Program-made: the position numbers and the translations under genes
The notes under the pieces: generated by a model
Seen by the model: only the letters and a program-made list of their open reading frames with translations
Told to the model about the DNA's origin: nothing
Database searches by the model: none
Source of the DNA: the human T2T-CHM13v2.0 reference genome, Homo sapiens
NCBI RefSeq assembly: GCF_009914755.1
Contig: NC_060927.1
Length of the DNA: 64,000 nucleotides
Reading direction: 5' to 3' (one strand)
Shown here: positions 43,680 to 57,065 of the stretch, piece by piece
Layout of the letters: every line of letters starts with the position of its first letter
How positions within the stretch are numbered: position 1 is the stretch's first letter

Positions 43680-44030
43680 GTAGACAACCTGGATGAAGCT
43701 TAAAATAATTATACTAAGTGAACGATGTCAGACAAAAAAAGTACATACTGTATGATTCCTCTTACATAAAACTTTAGGAAATGCAAATGAATTATAGTGA
43801 CAGAAAGCAGATCAGTGATTGGGCTGGGGTGTGTGGGAAGAGATGGAGGAGAGATTTTAAAAGGGGATGAGGAATAGTTCGTGGGTGACAGATGTGCTCC
43901 CTGTCTTGATTGTGGTGGTGGTGGTTTCACGGATGTGTATACATATGTCAAAACTTATCCAATTGTACACTTTAAATATGTGCAGTTTATCACATGCCAC
44001 TTATGCCTCATTAAAGTTATTTTCAAAATA
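43680..44030 (+). mobile_element. L1M 3'-end fragment
   Basis: AGTACATACTGTATGATTCC...TTGTGGTGGTGGTTTCAC...TACACTTTAAATATGTGCAGTTTA. Confidence 0.75.
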
Positions 44031-44402
44031 TTAGACTGCTTCCTATTTGCTGGCCATCTAAATTTCAATTTCTGTAAAATGGGAAAAATAATACCTACCT
44101 TATAATTTTGGTGTGAAGATTAAATGAGTAAAAATTAAAAGGATGAAATGAGATGACATCTTCCCTTGGATTCCACTAAAAGTCTTGGAGTCACCCTTTC
44201 TCCCCTCTTTTTCTACACCCACATGCAACCTCTGGGTTGATTAGAGTGGGTGGAGATAGAGATGAAACAGGGTTGGCCGTGACTTGAAGACTTGACAGTT
44301 ACTGAAGTGGGGAGATGGGTACATGAGAGGTCAGAATATTATCCTCTCTACTTTTGTATGTATTTGTATTTTCCACAATAATAATTTAAAAATAAACAGT
44401 GA

Positions 44403-44710
44403 GGCTGGGCATGGTGGCTCACACTTGTAATCCCAACACTTTGGGAGGCCAAGGTGGGAGGATCATTTAAGGCCCGGAGTTTGAGACCAGGCTGGGCAAA
44501 ATAGTGAGATTCCATCTCCACAAAAATTTTAAAAATTAGCTGGGTGTGGTGGTAGGTGCCTGTAGTCCCAGCCACTCAGGAGACTGAGGTAGAAGGATCA
44601 TTTGAGCCCAGGAGATCGAGGCTGCAGTGAATTGTGATCACACCACTGCACTCCAGGCTGGGCAACAGAGCGAGACCCTGCCTCAAAAAAATAAAAATAA
44701 AAAATAAAAC
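44403..44710 (+). mobile_element. Alu (AluJ-like)
   Basis: Dimeric Alu with GGATCATTTGAGCCCAGGAG and an (AAAAAT)n tail. Confidence 0.92.
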
Positions 44711-44719
44711 ACAGTGTTT

Positions 44720-45230
44720 CCCGGTTTCAACTCAGAGGAAAACCCAAGTCCTGATGCTGGCCCACGGGGGTCAGCATGATCCCCTACCCTAACCTCTCCC
44801 CTTACCTCCTCCTACTCACCTCCTCGTTCACTGCTCCAGCCCTATTGGCCTCCGTGCTGTTTTGGGAACGTGCCAGGCACTCTCTTGCCTCAGGACCTTT
44901 GCTCCAGCTGTTCCCCCACTGGGAATCCTCCACGGTTTGACCCCTCTCAAATGTGATCCTCTCGATGAGTCCATCCTGACTACTCCATTTAAAATCGTTA
45001 CCACCTCCTCCTCCCACTTCCCATGCGCCTTCCGTTTCACTTGTCTCCACAGCCATAACCATCATCTGATGCCCCGTATAACTATTTATTTATTTCTGTC
45101 TCCCCTACCAACCTTGCCCCGACCTCCTGACGAATGTAAGCTCCATGAAGACCGGAATTCCTGCCTGATTTGCTCACTGCTGACTCTTCAGCATTTAAAG
45201 CAGTGCACAGGTTCTTGATGAATGAATGAG
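44720..45230. mobile_element. L2 fragment
   Basis: GCCTCAGGACCTTTGC..GCTGTTCCC; GAATGTAAGCTCCATGAAG; ends GAATGAATGA. Confidence 0.7.
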
Positions 45231-45736
45231 CCACATACACATGTTCTACTTGAATGCCTGGTAGGCAGTGAGCACTATGGGATCCATCATAATCTAAAAA
45301 TATTTCATTAAGTCATTTGATAAATCTAAGTAAATTGTTCAGTCAGTATCTTCTGGCCTGGTCTTTGAAAATGAGACTACGATTGATGAACGTTTTTGTT
45401 AATTCATGAGAGGCAGCAAGGTAGGGAAGGGTTCCCACAGTCTTTGGAAGAGGGCAGATCTGCTTCAAATCCTGGCGCAGCCCATGTCCGCTGTGTGACT
45501 TGGCCAAGGTGCCTAGCCTCTCAAGCCTCGTCTCCTCACTGGCTGTGCTTGCTAGCAATGCCCTGCAGTCCAGGGCTGGGCTGGAAGCTCACCACCTGCC
45601 CTCCCTGAGTGAGCCCTTGCCTTTTCAGCAAGAGGGACAGGACCACCTCCAGAGCTTGCTCAGGTGCTGTGTCCCTCTGGGACCTGCTGGTGGGGTGAGC
45701 AAGTGATGATCAGATGCACCATTTAAAAGGGACAGA

Positions 45737-46072
<336 letters not shown>

Positions 46073-46084
46073 TCACAAAAGGGA

Positions 46085-46250
46085 GGTGACTCAGTCCTAG
46101 CCCAGCCTGCTGTCATCTCTCCTATACCCACCCCCTCCCCCACTCCCCCGCCTGACGTTATAAACAAGTGACTCAGAGGAATGATGGGGGTGTGTCTCAT
46201 AATAGTTCATTCCAATGTCCTGGGGGCTAAATTTAACACACAGCTGCAGC
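46085..46250. promoter_or_regulatory. Candidate muscle enhancer upstream of KLHL40
   Basis: TGACTCA twice (46087, 46169), TAAACA at 46161, GGAATG and CATTCC (TEAD), MEF2 consensus CTAAATTTAA at 46227, E-box CAGCTG at 46241. Confidence 0.55.
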
Positions 46251-46293
46251 CTCTGGCACTTTGGGAACAAGTTAATCTTGGTGACTGAGGCTG

Positions 46294-46294
<1 letters not shown>

Positions 46295-46329
<35 letters not shown>
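46295..46329. repeat. (TG)n microsatellite
   Basis: Read directly. Confidence 0.9.
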
Positions 46330-46330
<1 letters not shown>

Positions 46331-46934
46331 TGGTGGTGGGGCGGGGTGGGGAGGGTGTGGGGAGGGGTGTCAGTAGTCTAGAACAAGGTAGGCATCAAGA
46401 CTGGCTGTCCTGGGCTTCAACCCTGGTCCCTCAGACCATAGACAAGGTGCAGGGGCCCCATGGCCAGGCAGTCTCAGGTCTGGCCTAATATGCACCAAGA
46501 ATAGTGAGTATAGATAGCTAAAGTCCTGAAATATTAAACTTGTAGTGTTACTTTTTGAACACTAGAATTCAGAATGTCACTCCCTAGAATGTTAAAACCC
46601 CGGGGGTTTAAAAACCTAGAATAGTAGAATCCTAAGAAATTAATTTGCTAGCACATCTGACACCTTAGAAGTGTTAAAACTAATAGTGTACTCCCAGGAC
46701 ACAGTACCTTGGTGCTTCTAAACTTCCAGCAGAGTTGAACTGAGGTCCTTAGCATCTAACTTTGCCACCTCCTCATTGTGTAGGAAGGGAAACTGTGGCT
46801 TAACAGAGCGACATGCCCTGCCCCAGGCCTCATAGGAAAGTGGCAACCTTGTTTACCTAAGGTACCTTCTTGCTTTCTTGCAAGGAGGAGGGACAGAAAG
46901 AGGAAAAGCTCTTCCCATTTTAAAGGTGAGGCAA

Positions 46935-47056
46935 CGGGGGTGGTGTCTTATGTCTGTAATCTCAGCTACGAGGGAGGCTGAGGCAGAAGAATGGCTTGAT
47001 CCCAGGAGTTCAAGTCCAGGCTGGACAACATAGTGAGACCCTGCCTCTTAAAATAA
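46935..47056 (+). mobile_element. Alu monomer (FLAM-like)
   Basis: TGTAATCTCAGCTAC...CCCAGGAGTTCAAG...GAGACCCTGCCTC. Confidence 0.75.
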
Positions 47057-47399
47057 AGGCAGGGCAACAGGGCCGCCAAAAAGTGAACACCATGTCCAAC
47101 TTCTGACCAGAAAACCCAAGCACCCTGTATCCAGGGGTAGCTGGAGTGAGACATATTCCGGCGGGGAAGATGGAGGCACCAGGACAGAAGTTCCCAGAAA
47201 GCATGAAGGAAGGGAGACCCTGGAAGAGAGGCTCCAATGCTTTCCCGTCTCTGGACTGAGGGTCAGAGCTTAGGCCACCTTCTCCCCTAGGGGCATCTCC
47301 TGACCAAAGAATCCAGAGTCAAGACCTCTCCGTGCTCCATTTAGAAATGAGGCAGCCAGGCCCTCATCTTTCAGAAGGGCCCAGACACCCCACCCCCGT

Positions 47400-47550
47400 C
47401 CCATAAGCCCCCGGGGCTGAGTCAAGTCTTTCTCTGGGAGGGGGCCTCTGCCCAGCTGTCCCCTGTGCGTCATGTGCAGGAGGCCAGGCGGCTCGCCTTA
47501 CAGGGACCCGGCCACCTCTATATATAGCCCCTCGAAGACAGCTGCTCAGT
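47400..47550 (+). promoter_or_regulatory. KLHL40: KLHL40 core promoter: composite MEF2/TATA site, E-boxes, AP-1
   Basis: CTATATATAG at 47518-47527, CAGCTG at 47453 and 47539, TGAGTCA at 47418; about 100 nt upstream of the ATG. Confidence 0.75.
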
Positions 47551-47554
47551 CTAA

Positions 47555-48823
<1,269 letters not shown>

Positions 48824-50071
48824 TAGGCACTGTGGACAGTCTTGGGGCCCAGAAGGGGCTTGTGTCTACACAAGTGAATGCCACTGGGTCTAGGGTGAGA
48901 TGTAGACTGGGGAGGTTGACTGATAGCCACCTACTTGAAGGTTGAAGACAGTCAATAGGCAGCTGCCAAAAAGCAGCATAACTTTGGTATCTTAATTTCA
49001 GGGGTGTGGTAGCCCCAAGTTGGCATATGTTGGAGGCCCTGGCCCTGCACAGGGGTTGGGGTGGGGCACAGTAAGGAGCAGCAAGGTCGGTGTGAGGATC
49101 CTGGGCAGGGCCTCTGCGTGAAGGCCAGGCCCGGAGCTCACAGCAGTGTCCCAGACAAAGGAACAATCCTGTATGGTCCTCCCATTGTACAGATGAGGAA
49201 ACTGAGGCCCAGGAGGTATCAGCAGAGTGGAGTGCCAGGTCTGAGTTGGGGTGTGACTGTGAGATCTCAAAGGGCAGAGACAGTTTCCTGGAGACTGGCC
49301 ATATAAGTTTGAGCCTTGCCAGTGGGGTGGGATTTGGAGATGTGAAGGGGAAGATGGCAGTGTTTCCGGCCAAGGAACGGTAAGCAAGGGATAGAACTGG
49401 GGCTGAGCCTGGTGAGTGGTGTGCTCAGGGAGGCCTGATCAGCAAGAGGGGTGACAGGCGCTTGGTGCCAGGGTTAAGCTCACAGGCCTTACGGTTGCAC
49501 TGGGGGATGAGGGCAGCTTCACCAGCTACTAGCTCAGCAGTGTGGGCACATTGTTTATTCTCTCTGGGCCTCTGTTTGTAAGTGGGGATATTCTCCTTCC
49601 TGCATGATAAGGTTGTTGGAAGGTTAAATGATGCTTATAAAGTGCTCATCAGCAAGGTGCTCAGCCCTCAGAAAACTTTCCAAAAAGATGAACCCCTAGT
49701 ATTAATATCTTAATTATAAAGCTGTGGAGGTGGACAAGGCTGTGGACTGTAGATTTTACAGGGCGAAAAGGCAGGGCCGTATTTGGAAGTTTCCTGAACA
49801 GTGGGATGGGGTGGAGAGGAGGGGGCAGGCAGGCCTCAGTTGGGAGTTGTTCAGCCTGGGAAAGCAAGGCCATAGCTGGACCTCCCTCACAGAGCTCCCC
49901 CTCATTTCTGTGCTGTGGTGCCCTACCGCCTGCTATAATGGTGGTTGCCAGGAGCCTGCCTGGGTGTGGGGGACGCTCATCTGCTCTCAGCCTGATGGTA
50001 GGAGGGGCACTGTTTCTCAGGGCACCTCCAGGCTGTATTGGCCCTACCTGGGTTCCCGACCTCCTCCGTGA

Positions 50072-50314
<243 letters not shown>

Positions 50315-50570
50315 TGAGCATGGCTGGGGTGGGGCTGAGCTCCGTGGGGGTGAGTGGGGCATGGAGGCCGCAGCTGGTCTAGGGCCTGGGGTGGGATTTG
50401 GAGCTAGAGCCTTGTGCTTAGAGTGAAGGTGGGCTTGGGTAAGGGCGGGGAGGTTGGGGGGCAGGGTGGGATCAAAGAACTGAGAGGCCTCGGAAGTTCC
50501 AGCAATGGATCTGACGCATCTCGAATATGTGTTAGGTGGATGGGCGGATGGGTGCAGAGACAGGGACTGA

Positions 50571-50729
<159 letters not shown>

Positions 50730-50817
50730 TGAGGCTGGGCCTGGAGTGAGTCTGTGGAGCAGAGGTAGAATCTCCCAGAGGCTGTCAGGGGTTTGTCCTG
50801 GCTGCCCCGGCAGGTGA

Positions 50818-51201
<384 letters not shown>

Positions 51202-51764
51202 TGATCAGCAGTGAGGTGGGGAGGCGGGGCAAGGGTTATGGCCAGCCTGGTCTGCAGGAGGGGGCTCCCAGGGCTGGGGGAGGGGATGCCAGGTTCCTCA
51301 TTCAGGGACTCATACCAGGCAATGGCCTGGTGCAAGGGATATAGCAGTGAACAAGACAGAAGCTGCCCTGCCTGGGACATCAGAAAAGAGAAAACTGAAC
51401 TGAGAGACAGTTGGACTCAGCTCGCAAAAGGGGTGAGGGTGGTGGGAGGAGGTTGCCCCAGACTAAGGAAAGGTGGTGCTGAGGCAGTTTGGAGAAAAAA
51501 CTCAAGGCCTATAGGAGGGAAGGTGTTGCTCCAGCTGGGTGGAGGTGGGTGGGTGATGGAGTTGGGATGGCGGTGCTGGGGCTGGAGCGGGGGCCAGCAG
51601 GAGAGGGACTGTATCTCATCTGTGTTCTACTAAAGTACTTCATGGCAACTGATATAGAGAGCAGATTAGGGATTTCCCAGGGGTCAGGAAGGTCAGGGGT
51701 GATAAAGGCCTGGAGCTGGGGGCACAGCGGAGATGGGGTTGAGGGGATGCACCGGACAAAGACA

Positions 51765-51937
51765 GGCCAGGGCTTCTTACACTGTGATGGGCATGCAAAT
51801 CTCCTGGGGATCGCCTTAAAGTGCAGATTCTGATTCTCGGTATGCGGAGGGCTGAAAGCCTGTAAGTCTGCATTTCTAACGCACCCCCAGGAGATGCTGA
51901 CGCTGCTGGGCCATGAACCACACTTTGAGTAGCAAGA
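51765..51937. mobile_element. MER5A-like DNA transposon fossil
   Basis: TGCAGATTCTGATTC...TCTGCATTTCTAAC...CCACACTTTGAGTAGCAAG. Confidence 0.75.
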
Positions 51938-52846
51938 GTCTAGGAGGTGGGAGAAACAGGGCTTAGCTATTGATTGGATGTGGGGGTGAGAGGGGGAGAA
52001 GTACATGCTTCTGAGTGAGGGTGGGAGGCCATTTACTGGATAATCATTGGGATTGGGTAGGGAAAGTGAGGGTCCAGTTAGGACATGTGGACTTGAAGTA
52101 CCTGGGGGTGTCCAAAAGGACCCCACCCGGGAGAGAGAGGGCTGAGCTGGAGGGAGAGATCTGGGGGTCAGTAGCACACGGAGGGGCCAAGCTCCCTCAG
52201 GAGAGAGAGTGTAAATGGGAGGAGCTGAGGTCCAAGCCCTGATGGTGGAGGCAGCTGCATTATCCAGGAAGGAGGCCACGAAGGTGAGGCCGAAGAGATG
52301 GGTGAGGAAAGTCACGTCAGCAGGGCTGTGTGCTGTAGGACCTCAGTGCGTGTGCAGTGACTGTGGACCTCAGGAAGGTCAGTTTTGGAGGATGGGACTA
52401 AGGCCCAAGGCAGGAGCCAGGGTAGCGAAGATACATTGAGAACAACTGGGCTGTGAAGGGAGAAGAAGGATAGAGCAGGTGTGCAAGGTGGGTGGGGCTG
52501 CAGGGGCCGCTGAGGGGCAAAAGGACTGCGTCCAGGGCAAGGCTGGGGGCCTGCTAGGGGCTGGGGTTGTGAGTTGGAGGGTGGAGTTAGTTCAGGAGAG
52601 GAGTAGGGGCAGTGGGGAGATCCATGGTGGACTTTGCTGGACAGGTTGGATAGAATGGCAAGAGGACAAGGAAAGGAAAGTGGAGGAGCAAGAGAATGGG
52701 GAAGGAAGGGAAGACCAGAGGGACAGGGAAGGGGAATGGGGTTGGGGGCATGGGTGCCTGGGACTTGGATTGCAAAGGGTTGCAGTTGGAGCTGTGGGTG
52801 CTGGGTGGCAGGGACAGTCACTGGGCTTGCCGAGGCATCCCAATGA

Positions 52847-53017
<171 letters not shown>

Positions 53018-53851
53018 TGAGTCCCACCCTGGGGAGGCAAGGGGGCATCATGAGCAAGGCTGACACCCCATAGCACCATGGTGGGGTACCAAGGCACTGG
53101 GCAAGCTCCTCTGGGGGCAAAGCGGATCCCTCTTCTAGGGAGTCCTGTAGGGAGGAATAGCCAACATACCCTGCTTGGCCGTTTCTCACCAGTTTGTTGG
53201 GAAAGTCTGGGCTTGCACAGATGACACCATGCCCCACTGTGGAGCAGCAACAGTGTTGCAGATGGGAGCAGACCCAAGCTTAGGTCATAGACTCACAGAA
53301 ACAGGGCCCAAATAGCAGCCGGATTTTCTTCTCTCCTGCCTTCCGGGTGCTTGGTCTGGAGGGAGGGCTGCCACTAGGGCTGGGAAACAGTTGGAGCCCT
53401 GGCCTTTCAGAACCATTGCTCTCTATGGCTGGTCCTTTGTGGGGGTGGGAGAAGGAAGCTTTAGCCTCTGGGGCATCTCCTTCCTGAACCTGCAGCCATC
53501 TGCACTGCTGCAGGCAGCCCCTGGGGAGCAGTGCTGCCGGAGGCTGAGACGTGAGACTTAGTAGAAATGGAGCATGGAAATTCTCAAGGAGAGGACATTG
53601 ATGGGGTGGTGTGGGCAGTGTAGACCTTCCTGGAGGGGAACTTTGAGGAATATGGGAACACCCCTTGAGAGGTGATCTTTCCTGGGGAGAAACACCCTTC
53701 CTGGAGTGTGGGGTGGGTGTTCCTTGGGGTGGGTCTTGTGGGGGGTCTCCTTTCCCAGAGCCTGGGGATTTTCAGGAGCAGATCTCCCTAGAGATGGGCC
53801 AAGTGCCCTCAGCCACCCCTCTCTGCTGCGTTCCACTCTGGACTCAGCTGA

Positions 53852-54004
<153 letters not shown>

Positions 54005-54413
54005 CCAGCTCAGGCAGACTGAACTAAGCACCCCTCCCATCCTGCGACCCTCACTGGCCTGGCCTTGTGGGGGCTCCAGAAAAGAGGCTAGGAGAGGCCA
54101 GAGTCTACCTGGATCCAGTTATGGTGCCTCAGGGGCTGCGTCAGCCAAGGAAAGGGAAGTGCTGCTTAGTCCTGGACTTTTGGGCCAGGGTGAGAAACTA
54201 GAGGCTTCTCCAGTGTTGCCATATCCCCCTAGGTTGTCTTGATCCATGAACCAGAACCACAGGGCGGTATCCCAGGCCGTGTGCTGGCCCTGCCCCAGCC
54301 TAGCTGAGTGTGCTGGCAAAGTTCCCCACAGGACTCAGCCTTCTCGTCTGTCCGATGGGAGCATCCCCATCAAGTGCAGTGTACAGTGCAGATATGTCTC
54401 CTTCTTTAGGAAG

Positions 54414-54419
54414 AATAAA
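54414..54419 (+). terminator. KLHL40 polyadenylation signal AATAAA
   Basis: Canonical hexamer 410 nt after the stop. Confidence 0.8.
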
Positions 54420-54689
54420 GTGCCTTCTGAGCAAGCAGCTCAGGGTCTGCATCAGTGCTCCAAGAGTCAGTGAGCAGGTGTGTTGAAGACTTGGGGCTTC
54501 AGTGTTCTGCTGTTGGGCTGCCAAGGTCGATGGTCTCTGCTCTCCATCTGGTGTCCCCTCCACCCTATGGGTGGGAACCCTCCCCTGCCTGAGGCCTAGA
54601 GCCTCCAGCTCCTCAGCCACTATGGACGTGGAGCCAGGGGACTGTGGGAAGAAGGGTCAGGGAACAGCCAAGCTGTTGTAGAAAAGTCT

Positions 54690-54695
54690 TTTATT
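54690..54695 (-). terminator. HHATL polyadenylation signal AATAAA
   Basis: TTTATT on the + strand, 66 nt after the HHATL stop. Confidence 0.8.
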
Positions 54696-54761
54696 CTATC
54701 GGTCAGGCCCCATCTGGCCCAAGAATAGCTGAGCAGAGCCCATCCCTCTACCCGCTCCCTC

Positions 54762-54886
54762 CTACTCCGGCTTCTCTTTGTCCTGCTTCTGCTCCTCCTC
54801 CAGTGCCAAGGTTCGCTCACGCTCCTTTACCAGCTGGACGCCACAGTAGGTGACAAACAGGATGGACAGCGTGGTCTGGGGGAACC
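54762..54886 (-). CDS. HHATL: HHATL last coding exon
   Basis: Encodes (G)[40 protein letters not shown]; acceptor cacag. Confidence 0.94.
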
Positions 54887-55087
54887 CTGTGTGGGGAGGG
54901 AGTCATAGATGCTCAGGAGCAGCACTGCATCCTCAGCGACTTTTGTCTTCCCACCCCTCTCCCCGCTTGATGGGCCCTCCCTTCTGAGTCCCAGGGGTGA
55001 TGAGGGAGATAGGAGGCATTTTGGAAGGTCACGGTCCTTGAGGCTGATGCCTGGCACCTTCTGTATCCCCACACCCCTGTCCCTCAC

Positions 55088-55229
55088 CTGTGAGTAGCAG
55101 GCGCCGGGCAACCAGCTCTGTGAATTTGAGGCTGTTCAGGCTCACAAGGTTGTACATGATGATGGCCCAGAAGTTCATGGCTCCAAACAGGGCCCGGACC
55201 CTACGGGACATCTGCACTGACAGAGAGGC
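55088..55229 (-). CDS. HHATL: HHATL coding exon 10
   Basis: Encodes [21 protein letters not shown]...LLLT; GT-AG bounded. Confidence 0.93.
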
Positions 55230-55627
55230 CTATCCGGTCCAGGAAAGCATGGGCAGCGGGACAAGAGGCCAAAGGAAAGAGGACATGGTGGGTCAGCAGC
55301 CTTACCCACCTGGCCAGTCAGGTCTTGGGGCTATGTCTGGGTCTCGGAGAGCCCCAGGTCAGCTCTCCCTCCTTGTTAAACATGGGGAAACAGGTCCAGA
55401 GAGAGGACAAGGCCTGACCAACATGGCAAGGCCCAGGTGCTCCATTCCTCATAGAAGGGAGGGAGGGGCAGATTCCTACAGAGTGAGCCATTGCTCTGAC
55501 AACTAAGAGGGTGGTGGTGAGAAAGTTCTGGATTAGGGGCCAGGTGTTTGGACAACTCCAGAAAGCAGCAGTGCCCCCCCGCCCTCTATGACCCAGCCAG
55601 TCCCAGCCCCAGGTCTTCCCTGCTCAC

Positions 55628-55829
55628 CTCAATTCGTGCTAGGGGCCCCCACTCTGCCAGTTTTTGCACCCAGAGCTCAAAGTTGAGGCCAAAGCAGTTA
55701 AGGAATGACCACAGGTAGACAATGTCACAAGGCCCAAGCCACAGTGTGGTGATGGTAAATGTGGCCACTGTGGCTGCCAGCTCTGGGATCACGGCGGAAT
55801 GCTCCCCACCAATGTGGTTATACACATAT
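55628..55829 (-). CDS. HHATL: HHATL coding exon 9 (MBOAT active-site region)
   Basis: Encodes YVYNHIGG...[17 protein letters not shown]...ARIE; GT-AG bounded. Confidence 0.94.
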
Positions 55830-55989
55830 CTGCAGGAAAGATGGGAGAAGGGCCACTGGGAGTGTGGGAAAGGGCAGGGATGAGATGGGAGAGGACACAC
55901 AACAGGGCGTCCTCCTCAACACTGTCACCCTGGGTGCATTCAACATTCCTGACCTCACGTAGCAGCTCCTCCTCCAACCAACTTCAAAT

Positions 55990-57065
55990 TGTGGCAGGCT
56001 CAGCCTGGGACATTATAGCTTCTCTATCTCTGTTCGTTTACTTCCCAAATGATCTCATCCAGACCCAAGATTTCAAGTACTAGCTCTATGACGATGACCC
56101 CTAAATCTGTGTCTTTAGCCCAGTCTCTCCTGATTTGTATATGCAATTGCTACTAGCCATGTCACTTGATTGACAGATTCCCCTATCCCTGCTCAAACCC
56201 AGCTCCGTCCTCATCTCAGTGAATGGCACCACCATCCATTCAGTTGCTCAGGGTATAAGCCTTGGTGCCATCTTGGATTCTCAGTTTGCCTCATCACCCA
56301 CATCCAAGCAAGCCAGCAAATTCTGTTGGCTCCTCTCAGTCCTGACCACCACTCACCTCCTCTACCACCACCACCCTAGTCAAGATGATCACTCTTCTCA
56401 CATAAATTATTGCAAGAGCCTCTTAAGTGGTCTTCTTGTTTCTGCTTTTGCCCCCATGGTTCATTCTCCACACAGCAGCCAGAGGCATCTTTTAAGAGTG
56501 TAGCTCAGGTCACATCACTTCCATGATTAACCTCTCTGAATAGCTCCCCATTACAATAGGAATAAACTCAGTCTCTTTACTCTGGCTAGAAGATCCCAAG
56601 TGGTCTGGTTTCTGTTCCCTTCCTGACCAAATCAGCCACCATGCTCCCCCAGTTCATCATGCTGGCCTCACTGGCCTTTCTTACCTTTACACCCACACAG
56701 TTGGTTTGTGTCTCAAGGCCTTTGCCCTTGTTGTTCCCTCTACCTGGTATTCTCTGCTCCACATCTCCTTATCACTCAAATCTCAATTCAAATATCATCT
56801 CCTCAGAGAAGCCTGCCTAGACCCCGACTAAAGAAGCTTCTACCCTGTTGTCAACTTCTATCCCATTGCAATTTTATTTTCTTCATAACACTTACCACTC
56901 TCTAAAATTATCTTATTTATGTTTGTTTACCTGTTTATGGTCTGTTTCTCCCCACTAGACTGTAAGCTCCATGAGTTCAGGGTCTTTGCCATGTTCACTG
57001 CTGTATCCCCAGTGCCTAGAACAATGCCTGGCACATAGGTGCTCAATAAATATTTGTTAAATAAG
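55990..57065. mobile_element. L2 fragment(s) in an HHATL intron
   Basis: GAATGGCACCACCATCCATTCAGTTGCTCAGG; AGACTGTAAGCTCCATGAG...TGCCTGGCACATAGGTGCTCAATAAATATTTGTT. Confidence 0.8.

Noticed and set aside
43387-44710. Oppositely oriented Alu pair about 800 bp apart as a dsRNA or editing substrate
   Set aside because: Intergenic, from diverged subfamilies, with no sequence evidence of a transcript spanning both.
46590-46612. Imperfect palindrome TTAAAACCCCGGGGGTTTAA
   Set aside because: Short, imperfect and low-complexity; compatible with chance.
51509-52315. 268-aa minus-strand ORF in KLHL40 intron 4
   Set aside because: Spans MER5A and L2-like remnants, is Ser/Pro-rich and has no recognisable homology.
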